DNA of 64,000 bases, taken from contig JAKIZO010000002.1 in NCBI GenBank assembly GCA_022707965.1, positions 33,841 through 97,840 on the forward strand. The letters run 5' to 3'. The notes under the pieces are model-generated. The model made no database searches. It worked only from the letters and a program-made list of their open reading frames with translations, and was not told the origin of the DNA. Positions 31,564 through 40,794 of this stretch are shown piece after piece. The stretch comes from Bacteroidota bacterium (GTDB taxonomy: Bacteria > Bacteroidota > Ignavibacteria > Kapaibacteriales > UBA2268). Numbering within the stretch: position 1 is the first letter of the stretch; each line of letters opens with the position of its first letter. The position numbers and the translations under genes are program-made.

Positions 31564-32337
31564 TTATTTTTTAGTTTTAATAGTGAAAATTTGAGTAATG
31601 TTCAAAATTGCTTCGTCAATCATATAGACGAAATTGTCCACTTTTGTAGTGAAGAAGTTATAAGCAACGATAGATATAATAGCAGCAGCAAGCCCGCCAG
31701 CTGTATTATACAATGCTTCCGAGATACCGATAGAAAGCTGAATAGCCGAAACAGTACCGCTTTGAGCAAGTGCAGCGAATGCACGAATCATACCGATTGT
31801 TGTTCCCAATAGACCGACCATAGTTGCGATTGATGCAACTGTCGAGAGAATTACAAGGTTCTTTTCAAGAAGTGGTGTTTCTAAGTTCATCGCTTCGTCG
31901 ATTGCGCGTTGAACTTCGGAGATTTTCTTTTCGGGTCCGTAGTTTTCGTCGTCTTTTACTTCTTTAAAGCGTGAAATTGCAGCACGAAGAACGTTAGCTA
32001 TAGAACCACGTTGTTTATCGCATTCTGCCAGAGCAGCGTCCAGATTGTCATTTTCAAGATTTTTGATTACTGTGCGGATAAAAGCAACGGGATTGCCTTT
32101 TCCTTTTGCTTTGTTGATTGATAAGAAACGTTCAACTGTGAAAGTGATAGCCATAATCAAGAATGAAATAAGTAGTGCTACAAGCGGACCACCAGTGTAA
32201 ATCATACCAAGCACGTTCACCGGTTCGTGTTTTGCAGCGTCGGCAAAGTTTGATGGATTACCCATTACAATAAAATAAAATGCAAACGCAATTGCAATTG
32301 CTATCGTAATGGCAATTACATTAAACAGATTTTTCAT
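31564..32337 (-). CDS. exbB: MotA/TolQ/ExbB proton-channel protein
   Basis: Three TM segments and the conserved C-terminal region GLLGTTIGMIRAF..ISEALYNTAGGL. Confidence 0.85.
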   Translation of the reverse strand: MKNLFNVIAITIAIAIAFAFYFIVMGNPSNFADAAKHEPVNVLGMIYTGGPLVALLISFLIMAITFTVERFLSINKAKGKGNPVAFIRTVIKNLENDNLDAALAECDKQRGSIANVLRAAISRFKEVKDDENYGPEKKISEVQRAIDEAMNLETPLLEKNLVILSTVASIATMVGLLGTTIGMIRAFAALAQSGTVSAIQLSIGISEALYNTAGGLAAAIISIVAYNFFTTKVDNFVYMIDEAILNITQIFTIKTKK

Positions 32338-32376
32338 ACAAATACTCCATAATTAGTTAAAAGTTAAAAAATATTA

Positions 32377-32715
32377 TTACAACATTTTAATTGCTGATTG
32401 CAAATCATCTGCAACATTAAATACAGTTATCAATTTTGTTATGATAAATATATTTTCGAGCGATTTGTCTAAATTGCACAAAATAATTTCGCCACCGCGT
32501 TTAGCAAAGTTCGAATGTGCTGCAATTAGCACACCCAGAGCAGTTGAATTCAGGTATGTAGCTTTCTCGAAATTAATAATCAACTTGTTTTTCTTCTCTT
32601 CGGCATACTTCTTCAATACATCGCGAAGTGCATCGGTTTCCTCGCCACCGATGAATTGCCCACGCAAATGGACTATCACCCCGCCAATTTGCTCTTCTAC
32701 TTTTACTTGCGACAT
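32377..32715 (-). CDS. STAS-domain protein (SpoIIAA-like anti-sigma-factor antagonist)
   Basis: 112 aa. LIINFEKATYLNSTALGVLI matches the STAS phospho-Ser region. Confidence 0.7.
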   Translation of the reverse strand: MSQVKVEEQIGGVIVHLRGQFIGGEETDALRDVLKKYAEEKKNKLIINFEKATYLNSTALGVLIAAHSNFAKRGGEIILCNLDKSLENIFIITKLITVFNVADDLQSAIKML

Positions 32716-32902
32716 CTATATAACTCCTTTTATAATACGTAATTTCAAAAATAATAAAAAAAACATACTTAAAATAATAATTTGTTTATATTCTTCAATA
32801 TTAAACAAAAATTAATCATTTATTACCCAATTTGTTTATTCTTAATATTTCCTTAACTCTAAAATCACAATTTGTATTAAGACAAACCTAAAATTGAATT
32901 AG

Positions 32903-33739
32903 TTACTTTTCGCCGAATAATATTCTTGCAAATCCGTTAAAATCACTGATAAACTCTATCCTGAACCGACTGAAAATCGCTTTCAGTTCCGCTTCTTTGT
33001 TTGCCGGGAGTTCGAGCAAAAATGCACCATTGCCGTTCAACGAGGAAGGGAATATTTCAGCAAACCGGCGGTAGAAGGTTAGTCCGTCCGCATCGTCGGT
33101 CAATGCTTCTTTCGGTTCGTGGTAGAGTTCGCGTTCGAGCTGACGATAGTCGTCGAGCGAAACATACGGCGGATTTGAAACAATCAGGTCGTATTGCTGT
33201 TTTGGTGCGACTTTCAGAATATCCGACGGGAAAAACGAAACGTTGGCGACTTTGTTTAGCTCGGCATTTTGTTTTGCTGTTTCGAGAGCTTTCGTGCTTA
33301 TGTCGATTGCCACTATTTCCGCATCGGGGAAGCACTTTGCAAGATAAATTGCAATGCAGCCCGAGCCTGTGCCAATATCCAAAATTTTTTTGTATGAACG
33401 CTGCTGGATTATTTCTTCGGCTTTTTTCGCAAGAAGTTCAGTTTCGGGCCGGGGAATAAGCACAGAATTATTTAGGACAAGTTCAATGTTAATAAATTGC
33501 TCTTTGTTGAGCAGGTATTGCAAAGGTTCGCCGAGTGCGCGTTTCTTCAGCAATTGTCGCATCTGGTCGAGTTCTCGTTCTTCGAGCGGCATATCGTGTT
33601 TCAGATAAAGCTGCAACCTTTGCAAATTCAGCGTTTTCGAAAGAAGCAGTTCTACATTTAATCTTGGATTTTCGACGTTGTGTCGTTTCAGATATTCCGA
33701 GCCATTATTAATTATATCTAATATTGTAGTTTTCTTCAT
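32903..33739 (-). CDS. prmC: Release-factor glutamine N5-methyltransferase
   Basis: SAM motif ILDIGTGSGCIA and catalytic NPPY (IVSNPPYV). ATG at 33739 (MKKTT) avoids the overlap with pyrB that the longer TTG ORF creates. Confidence 0.85.
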   Translation of the reverse strand: MKKTTILDIINNGSEYLKRHNVENPRLNVELLLSKTLNLQRLQLYLKHDMPLEERELDQMRQLLKKRALGEPLQYLLNKEQFINIELVLNNSVLIPRPETELLAKKAEEIIQQRSYKKILDIGTGSGCIAIYLAKCFPDAEIVAIDISTKALETAKQNAELNKVANVSFFPSDILKVAPKQQYDLIVSNPPYVSLDDYRQLERELYHEPKEALTDDADGLTFYRRFAEIFPSSLNGNGAFLLELPANKEAELKAIFSRFRIEFISDFNGFARILFGEK

Positions 33740-33794
33740 ATTAGTTTGGACGATGAAAAGCGGGAAAATGAGTATAGACAGGTGGGGAACCTGC

Positions 33795-34727
33795 CTATAC
33801 TGCAACAAATTTGGAAAGAAGAGATAGCAAAGCCATACGAATAAAAACGCCGTGGGTAACCTGCGTTTGTATCAAGCAATTGGGGAACGAGCTCACTCTA
33901 TAATCAAGCTCAACGCCGTAGTTGACGGGTCCTGGGTGCATAAGCACAAGTTCAGGTTTGCGTGAGAACTGTTCCAGAGAAACGCTATAAAATTTAGAGA
34001 ATTCGCGGATGGACGGGAGTATGCCGCTTTCCATTCTTTCTCTTTGCAAGCGAAGCATAAGCAACACATCAGCCCATTCAATAGCGTCGTCGATACTTTC
34101 TATTAACTTCACATCCCAGGGATTGAGGTATCTTGGCAACAATGTTCCCGGCGAGCAAAGGGCGACTTCTGCGCCAAGTGTTTTCAGCACGTTAATGTTC
34201 GAGCGGGCAACACGGCTATGCAGAATATCGCCGGCGATACACACTTTCAGTCCTTCCACACGCCCGAAATGGCGCCAAAGCGTGAAGCTATCGAGCAATG
34301 CCTGAGTGGGGTGTTCGTGCTTGCCGTCGCCTGCGTTGAGGATTACGCCGCGAGTGTTCTCCTGCAAAAATTTAGGCACACCGCTATTTGAATGGCGAAC
34401 TACATACATCTGGACATCCATCGCTTCGATTGTGCGAAGAGTGTCTATCAGGGATTCGCCTTTGGTCAGGCTTGACGACGACGAAGCAAATGAAATTGTG
34501 TCGGCAGATAGTCTTTTCGCAGCAAGTTCGAACGAAAGTTTAGTGCGAGTGGACGGCTCGAAGAAAGCAAGCGCAACTGTTATTCCTTTTAAATCTGTAA
34601 ATTTTCTCTGCGACGGATAATTTTCCAGAAAAAACTGAGCTTTTTCGAAAAATGCGTAAATATCTTCCTTAGTTAAATCCTCAGAATTGATTAAGTATGG
34701 CTTGCTAAGTAAATAGTCATTATTCAT
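33795..34727 (-). CDS. pyrB: Aspartate carbamoyltransferase catalytic subunit
   Basis: STRTKLSFE carbamoyl-phosphate motif, HPTQALLD, and HPGP near the C-terminus. 310 aa. Confidence 0.9.
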   Translation of the reverse strand: MNNDYLLSKPYLINSEDLTKEDIYAFFEKAQFFLENYPSQRKFTDLKGITVALAFFEPSTRTKLSFELAAKRLSADTISFASSSSSLTKGESLIDTLRTIEAMDVQMYVVRHSNSGVPKFLQENTRGVILNAGDGKHEHPTQALLDSFTLWRHFGRVEGLKVCIAGDILHSRVARSNINVLKTLGAEVALCSPGTLLPRYLNPWDVKLIESIDDAIEWADVLLMLRLQRERMESGILPSIREFSKFYSVSLEQFSRKPELVLMHPGPVNYGVELDYRVSSFPNCLIQTQVTHGVFIRMALLSLLSKFVAV

Positions 34728-34769
34728 AATTTTTTAAAATTGAATAAAACAAATTTGGCAAAAATATAA

Positions 34770-34800
34770 AAAAAGCCGTTCATAATGAACGGCATTTTTT
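34770..34800 (-). terminator. Rho-independent terminator after the HU gene
   Basis: GCCGTTCA - TAA - TGAACGGC flanked by A5 and T6 runs. Lies about 20 bp beyond the HU stop. Confidence 0.7.
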
Positions 34801-34813
34801 ACAATCTTATAAA

Positions 34814-35113
34814 TTATTTTTTCTTCTTTGTTTTAGATGTTGCGGCAACTTCTTCTTTTAAAGTTTTGCCTGGTTTGAATCTTGCAACTTTTGTAGCAGG
34901 AATTTTAATTGTTTCGCCAGTACGTGGGTTTTTGCCAGTACGAGCTTTGCGGTCAGCAACTTCGAAAGTGCCAAAACCAACCAAAGTGAGTTTCTCGCCT
35001 TTTACGAGAATACCTTTGATTGAGTCGAAAGTAGCATTGATAGCTTTTTCAGCATCAACCTTTGTCATACCAGCGGTTTCTGCTACTGCTTTGATTAAGT
35101 CTGTTTTGTTCAT
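34814..35113 (-). CDS. hup: HU-family DNA-binding protein with a Lys-rich tail
   Basis: MNKTDLIKAVAE..GFGTFEVADRKARTGKNPRTGETIKIPA. C-terminal KTKKKK extension. Confidence 0.9.
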   Translation of the reverse strand: MNKTDLIKAVAETAGMTKVDAEKAINATFDSIKGILVKGEKLTLVGFGTFEVADRKARTGKNPRTGETIKIPATKVARFKPGKTLKEEVAATSKTKKKK

Positions 35114-35268
35114 AAAACACCTTTAATTAATGGAAAAAAAAGAGAGAACTAATAAAAAATTAGTATTTAAAAATTTACTTTGCTCTATAACGTTATTTTT
35201 CAAGGATTTCGCTACATTTTGCAAAACACACGATGTAAATATATAAAGTTTTTCAACAACTTACAACA

Positions 35269-35316
35269 TTTTTTTTCTAAACAAGTAATTTTTTTTCATT
35301 TTTTTTAATTTTTTTT
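35269..35316 (-). promoter_or_regulatory. Phased T8/A8 tracts (intrinsically curved DNA) upstream of the HU gene
   Basis: T8 runs at 35269-35276, 35289-35296, 35299-35306 and 35309-35316, with spacings of 20, 10 and 10 bp. Located 156-203 bp upstream of the HU start codon. Confidence 0.55.
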
Positions 35317-35336
35317 AAAATCTTTGGAAAATTTGC

Positions 35337-35557
35337 GGTAGCACAGACATTATTGACTGTGAATTATCACAGCAAAATTTTGTTCATATTATTCAAGGTT
35401 GGTTGAATATTGCCAGGCTTTGAACCTTCGGAAGGTTTTTATTTATCAGCGGTAGCACAGACATTCCTGTCTGTGATTTATCACAGCGTGAAATTGGTAT
35501 AATAAATAAATTAGGGGCGTATCGTGATACGCTCCTACCTGGAACCTTGCGAAGGTT
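35337..35557. repeat. Repeat cluster: degenerate A (35337-35361), linker and B (35417-35440), A (35451-35475), C variant (35511-35539), degenerate B (35541-35557)
   Basis: Read directly from the sequence. Lies between the HU promoter region and the 3' end of the SurA-like gene. Confidence 0.85.
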
Positions 35558-35573
35558 ATTTCATTTTGTGCTA

Positions 35574-37601
35574 CTAATTTTTCGCAATTTGATTGATGTT
35601 CTTGGTGTCGATTTTCACGGGGAACTGCTTGCGAAGACGGTTAAGCCATTGCTCTGTGAGATTTTTCTGGATTAAGTCCTGAATTCTTGGTGCAATATCG
35701 GGTATTGCTTCTTCGAAAGTTTTTCGGCGGGCGTCTTCGATTGCGTTGACTTTGATTATTGAATAGCCTTGCTCGAACGCAATTGGCTCAGAAATACTGC
35801 CAGGGGTAAGCTTACGCTCGGAAGCAATTTTCGCAAGCTGGTTGCGGTCTGCGGGAAGTAGTCCGTGATGCCCGTTTTTGGCACGCATTCCAATTCTTTG
35901 CGTGTGTTTGTTTGCTGCTTCGTCGAAGCTAATAGCACCGGAGCGAATTTGCTTCAACACGCTATCGGCGTCTGCCTTCTGCAAAAAGTAAATTTCGCTT
36001 ATATCATACATCACAGGTCGAGTTAAATCCATCGAAGTTGTGTCGTAGTATGCTTTTGCCAGCGTAGAATCGAACTTCATTTTGTCCCAAACTTCGAGCG
36101 CTTCGACTTTGAAAAGCAAGATGCCATCGCGAAATTCTTTCACCAAATCGTTAAATTCTTCGTATTCTTTTTCTAAGTTGCTTGTTGCAAAATCGATAAT
36201 GCGCGCTTCGACAATCTTTTTGATTGCATTGTTAAGTCCGTCGCGATTGAGCGGTGTGCCACGAAGTTCCCTCGAACGGGCGATTTCATCAACGAACTTG
36301 CCGACCGTTGTGTTTTCGTTACGCAACGAAAATAGAGTTTGCTTTCTTATGGGCTCGGTTACGCTTGCTTGCCAATCAGGGTCCAAACTTGTTTTTGTTG
36401 TGTCGAGAACGTTCAGCAAAGCATCGAGAGATTGTTCGTTTTTGCTGAAGCCGTAATCTTGCAAAAGTTTTTCGATAAATTTAATTTTATCTTCCGAAAA
36501 ATAAAGGCGTTTGTAGGTAGCGCGAAGTTCGTCGAGTTCGGCAGCAATGTTTATCGGCAAAATTGAATCAACCTTGAAAATATGGTAATAGTTTTGGGCG
36601 AAAATTGGGTCGGTGATTTCCCCAGATTTTAGATTATAGATTGCGTCTTCGATTTCGGGAATGTAAGTTTCCTGAGTGTTGTTCAAACCACTTGAACGGC
36701 TGTAGAAGCCATCGACTGCACCACCGTAAGGCGCGGTGCGAGTATCGATGCTATGCTCTTTTGCAATCGCCTCGAAAGTAACCTTGCCCGCGCGTATGAT
36801 TTTCACTAAACTATCGGCTTTCTGCCTGAATTCATCGTCGCTGAGCTTGTTGTTTTTGTTTTCGAGGACAATCGAGCGAAGTCTCAAATTGTATCGGGGT
36901 GATTCGTCCAGCGCTTTGATAAGGAAATAGCCGAAATTCGTTTTAACGGGTTGCTTTGTGTATTCACCTTTTTTCAATTTATATATTTCTTCTTCAAGAA
37001 TTCTATTGACGCGCCCGACAGTAATGTAGCTGCGGACAACGCCGCCGTTTCGAGCGGTTTCGGGGTCGTCGGAATACTTTTTGGCAACTTCTTCGAACGG
37101 CACGCCTTGCTGCAATTCGTTCAGAGCGTTGTTGATTTTCTCGAAAGCGGCAGTAGTATCGTTGTTCATACCGATCATTGCAATAATAATTGCAACTTTG
37201 TATTCTTTTTCGCGCATTTTTTGCCATTTCTCAAGGGTAGGTTCGGTAAGTTTCTTCTCGAAGAAGAAAGATTCTGCGAGCAACTTGCGGTTTTGAGCGA
37301 TGTCGTCGACCACAGCAGAATCTTTATCAAAACCGCGAGAAATTGCGTCCTGCACTTTAAGTCTATAATTAACGTAAAGATTAACGAAATCGATTATGCT
37401 ATCTTTTGGCAAATCGGATAGTTTCTGATGCTTGCGGTTCATATTTTTCTGGAATGCGCGCTCAACTTGCTTATAGGTGATATTTTCTTTGCCAACAGTT
37501 GCCAGCACCAGGTTTGAATAGTCGGTGGGTTTCTTCTTCTGCGCGAAAGAAACAAAACTAATTCCAAAAATCAGAAGTGCAACGATAATCCATTGCTTCA
37601 T
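35574..37601 (-). CDS. SurA/PpiD-like periplasmic chaperone / parvulin-type peptidyl-prolyl isomerase
   Basis: Signal/anchor sequence. Two parvulin-like segments (..GGVVRSYITVGRV.., ..GHHGLLPADRNQL..) within SurA-like helical regions. 675 aa. Confidence 0.7.
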   Translation of the reverse strand: MKQWIIVALLIFGISFVSFAQKKKPTDYSNLVLATVGKENITYKQVERAFQKNMNRKHQKLSDLPKDSIIDFVNLYVNYRLKVQDAISRGFDKDSAVVDDIAQNRKLLAESFFFEKKLTEPTLEKWQKMREKEYKVAIIIAMIGMNNDTTAAFEKINNALNELQQGVPFEEVAKKYSDDPETARNGGVVRSYITVGRVNRILEEEIYKLKKGEYTKQPVKTNFGYFLIKALDESPRYNLRLRSIVLENKNNKLSDDEFRQKADSLVKIIRAGKVTFEAIAKEHSIDTRTAPYGGAVDGFYSRSSGLNNTQETYIPEIEDAIYNLKSGEITDPIFAQNYYHIFKVDSILPINIAAELDELRATYKRLYFSEDKIKFIEKLLQDYGFSKNEQSLDALLNVLDTTKTSLDPDWQASVTEPIRKQTLFSLRNENTTVGKFVDEIARSRELRGTPLNRDGLNNAIKKIVEARIIDFATSNLEKEYEEFNDLVKEFRDGILLFKVEALEVWDKMKFDSTLAKAYYDTTSMDLTRPVMYDISEIYFLQKADADSVLKQIRSGAISFDEAANKHTQRIGMRAKNGHHGLLPADRNQLAKIASERKLTPGSISEPIAFEQGYSIIKVNAIEDARRKTFEEAIPDIAPRIQDLIQKNLTEQWLNRLRKQFPVKIDTKNINQIAKN

Positions 37602-37723
37602 AATTCCTTACCTCTATGAGAATTAACAATTTGTCTGCAAAATATTAAGTAAATTACTATTTTTTTTTTGAATTACAAAGAAATCGAACTTTTGCGGGAA
37701 TGTATTTGAATTGATTGGCGATT

Positions 37724-37820
37724 AGGAATGTACCCGCTACCGCTGAAAAAGGAAAACCTTCGGAAGGTTGTAAGCCTGGTGATTAGTGTAAAGCCTCGAA
37801 GGTTCTAAGCCTGGCGATAT
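37724..37820. repeat. Degenerate repeat remnants (A-like 37724-37743, B 37755-37769, B-like 37795-37805)
   Basis: AGGAATGTACCCGCTACCGC compared with AGGAATGTCTGTGCTACCGC. AAACCTTCGGAAGGTTGTAAGCCTGG and CCTCGAAGGTTCTAAGCCTGG. Confidence 0.6.
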
Positions 37821-37927
37821 TCCTCTTCCTTTCATTATATCATTTTTATTTTACAATCGTTTATATTATTTCATTTATATTGTAAATTTTATTAATATTG
37901 CTAATTCTTGATAACGAAAATGAGAAA

Positions 37928-39883
37928 ATGAAAAAATTACTGATAATATTAAGTATTTTGCTTATTGCTTCGTGTGCTTCCGAGAACGAATATCTTGTCA
38001 ATCCACCGCCGCGATACGAAACGGTAAATGTGCGTCTGCTCAATCTTGCGGGCGATGGGCAGAGCCGTTCGATTGTGCTCAACGGCGAAACCGAAATAGC
38101 CGACGTTCCTTATGGAATGGTGTCGGCATTTGTGCGCCCACCGGCGGATTCTGTTTCTCTGGAAGTGCGCCGTCAGGGCACAAGCGAACTGAAAGCGAGC
38201 AACAAAGTTCGCTTCGGGCGAAATATGAACTACACTTTTGTTGTTCTGCCGTCGGCTGATGGTGCCCCAAATCATCGCCAGGTCGATACTATAATCACTT
38301 TTTCCACTTCAATAGTTGTTGCACAAAGCCAAAGAGAAGCATATCTGAAACTATTCAACGGCAACCCCGATTCTACTGTGAGCTACTCAATGATGTTAGG
38401 TTGTCCGAGTGGAACCGTATTAGCAAACCACATTCAATATAGGCGGGCAACCGCCCACTCGGTTGTGCGTTCGGGCGAAGTAGCAATTTCGATTGTCCGC
38501 CACAAGCACAATGGCGACGAGCTAATCGGTCTTTTCGATTTAGTTTTAGAGAATTTGGGGCAATACGCAATTGTTATCCTTCGCGAAGGTAATTCGGAAA
38601 AAGTTTTGCTTCTGGACGAGAAGAATTCCACCGTCCAGGCACTAAAAGAACCCGCAAAAATTGAAAACCGCGACGCACATTTGAAAATTTCCAACTTCTC
38701 AACTGAGATGGTAAGCCTGCACCTGCATAGTTCGGGCGATGTGGCAAGCCTATTCCCGATGTTTTCCGATGCTGCGAAGAAAATCGAAGCGTGCGGAACA
38801 ACCACGAAGGACACTTTAAGCGTAAGGTGGGATGGTGCAACTACGGCAAAGCTCGACGTTGGAATAGATGTTCTTCAAAAATATTCTGCCTTTGTTTTCG
38901 ATAGTGCGAACTCGAAAGCAAAGAAATTAGTTTTTGCCGAACCGGTCTACCTCGCCGAAGAACTGAACAATCGAGCAATTGTCCGTGTGGTGAATGGCAA
39001 CTACCTGCAAAGCGGCGTGTCTGTCTCAGCAGGTGCACGCGAAATTGCCAATGCAACGGGCGAGGACAAAGCGCGCGGTTTCCGTTCGGGGGATAATCTT
39101 GCAAGCGGATTGAAGTTCGGCGAAATTTCCAAGCCGATGCTGCTCGAAGCAGGAACTTTGCCAATTGCTGTATTCACGGCAACTGAGCCCGCACGGCTAA
39201 TCACAACGGCGCGTCTGCGGCTCGAAGCAAACAAAAATTACTTTATCGTTGTATATTCAACACAATCGGGCGAACAAAAGGTGTCGCTTGTGGAAGAAAG
39301 TGCGCCGTCCAATCCAATAGTTGCCGAAAGCGAAGGTGTGTTCGCACAAATTATCAATACTATTGCTGATGCTGATTATGTAAGTTTTGCGCTTCCGGGT
39401 GTGTTTTCCGATGCACGGCTCAATTTCAGCAGCGCTCTGGCAACAATACTTGCCAGCGGGCAAACACAATTGAGCATTGCGGGCAAGCAATTTTCCTTTG
39501 CGGCAAGTCCCGAGCGGCGTGCAATGCTTATTGCAGCGGGCAAAGCAGACGCCCCCGAGCTTGTGGAATTCATCGAACCGCCCGTTCTTGCAGCGGCAGA
39601 CCACTATGTGCGTCGTTTTGTGAATGTTTCGGATGTGCCTAAAATCGATATCAAAATGGGCGAGGATGTGCTTATTTATCCCGGACTTGCCTTTGCTGAA
39701 CGCACACCAATCGAACGAATTTACAAAGAGAGAAAATTCAGTTTAACTTTTATCAATTCCGAAACTCAAAAGCAAATTGCTCGAATAGATGATTTATTCC
39801 TAACATACAACAAAACATACACGATAATTTTCGCGGGCAATTCGAAAAAAGGTTATTCCGTGATTATTCAGCAAGAATATTGA
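37928..39883 (+). CDS. Hypothetical lipoprotein with internally repeated beta-rich modules
   Basis: Lipobox MKKLLIILSILLIASC at the ATG at 37928. Recurrent V/L-N..P....V motifs. No catalytic motif recognised. Confidence 0.65.
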   Translation: MKKLLIILSILLIASCASENEYLVNPPPRYETVNVRLLNLAGDGQSRSIVLNGETEIADVPYGMVSAFVRPPADSVSLEVRRQGTSELKASNKVRFGRNMNYTFVVLPSADGAPNHRQVDTIITFSTSIVVAQSQREAYLKLFNGNPDSTVSYSMMLGCPSGTVLANHIQYRRATAHSVVRSGEVAISIVRHKHNGDELIGLFDLVLENLGQYAIVILREGNSEKVLLLDEKNSTVQALKEPAKIENRDAHLKISNFSTEMVSLHLHSSGDVASLFPMFSDAAKKIEACGTTTKDTLSVRWDGATTAKLDVGIDVLQKYSAFVFDSANSKAKKLVFAEPVYLAEELNNRAIVRVVNGNYLQSGVSVSAGAREIANATGEDKARGFRSGDNLASGLKFGEISKPMLLEAGTLPIAVFTATEPARLITTARLRLEANKNYFIVVYSTQSGEQKVSLVEESAPSNPIVAESEGVFAQIINTIADADYVSFALPGVFSDARLNFSSALATILASGQTQLSIAGKQFSFAASPERRAMLIAAGKADAPELVEFIEPPVLAAADHYVRRFVNVSDVPKIDIKMGEDVLIYPGLAFAERTPIERIYKERKFSLTFINSETQKQIARIDDLFLTYNKTYTIIFAGNSKKGYSVIIQQEY

Positions 39884-40794
39884 TGAGCAAAGGCAACATA
39901 CTCAAAACCATCTACAACGAGGTAATGGAATTTTCCGACCAGCTGGACGACAACCATACCTATATGCTTGCTGCAGGAATTGCCTTCAATATTGCGCTGT
40001 ATGTAATTCCGTTGTTTTTGCTTTCGATTTATCTTGTAAATGCTTTCATTGATATAAATCAGCTTTCGGACGTAATTGAGAAAATGCTTTCGGATTTCCT
40101 GCCGCCGACAAAGTCCTCGAAAGAGATAATTCACACAGTGCTGGAAGAAGTAAAGAAGATAAACTTGCATAGCAATGCCGCAGGAATTATCGGGCTTGTT
40201 TCGCTGTTGTGGATTTCGTCTATTCTTGTGTCGTCTTTGAGGTCGGGTCTGAATGCAATTTTTCACATTCCCGCAAAAAAGATATTCATCATCTACCGCT
40301 TGTATGATATTTTGCTGACAATTATTATCACAATTTTAATTTTGATTTATTCCTACCTTGTTCCAATTGGCAATTTTGTTATTTCGTTTCTGGAAAGTTT
40401 CTTCCCTGATTTCATACATAAAATAATAAGTGGTGCGCTTGTAACTCTGATTTCGCTTGTTTCGTCGTTTGTGATATTTTTCTTTATCTACACATTTATT
40501 CCGACAAAGCGAATGCCATTTTTTGTAATATTTTGGAGCACAGTTGGGTGTGTCGTACTCATTGAAATTGCCCGCCATATTTTTGGGTGGTATATTAGCG
40601 GAATTAGCAACTACGGCAAATTCTACGGCACTTTTGCGGTAGTGATTTCGATGGCAATCTGGATATATTATTCCTCGTTTATCTTGCTATTTTCGGGCGA
40701 ACTTGTAAATTTCATCTATAAAAAGCGTCAAATAAGTAAAGCAGAAAGCACCACGGGCGGCGAACCAACCGAAAGCACAGCTACCGAATTATAG
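39880..40794 (+). CDS. YihY/BrkB-family membrane protein
   Basis: ATGA start/stop overlap with the upstream gene. Six predicted TM segments. The AAGIAFNIALYVIPLFLL motif region is typical of YihY. Confidence 0.65.
   Translation: MMSKGNILKTIYNEVMEFSDQLDDNHTYMLAAGIAFNIALYVIPLFLLSIYLVNAFIDINQLSDVIEKMLSDFLPPTKSSKEIIHTVLEEVKKINLHSNAAGIIGLVSLLWISSILVSSLRSGLNAIFHIPAKKIFIIYRLYDILLTIIITILILIYSYLVPIGNFVISFLESFFPDFIHKIISGALVTLISLVSSFVIFFFIYTFIPTKRMPFFVIFWSTVGCVVLIEIARHIFGWYISGISNYGKFYGTFAVVISMAIWIYYSSFILLFSGELVNFIYKKRQISKAESTTGGEPTESTATEL

Noticed and set aside
33740-33808. TTG-initiated N-terminal extension of prmC that overlaps the pyrB 3' end
   Set aside because: The extension is hydrophobic and not PrmC-like. 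The ATG at 33739 gives a standard PrmC N-terminus.
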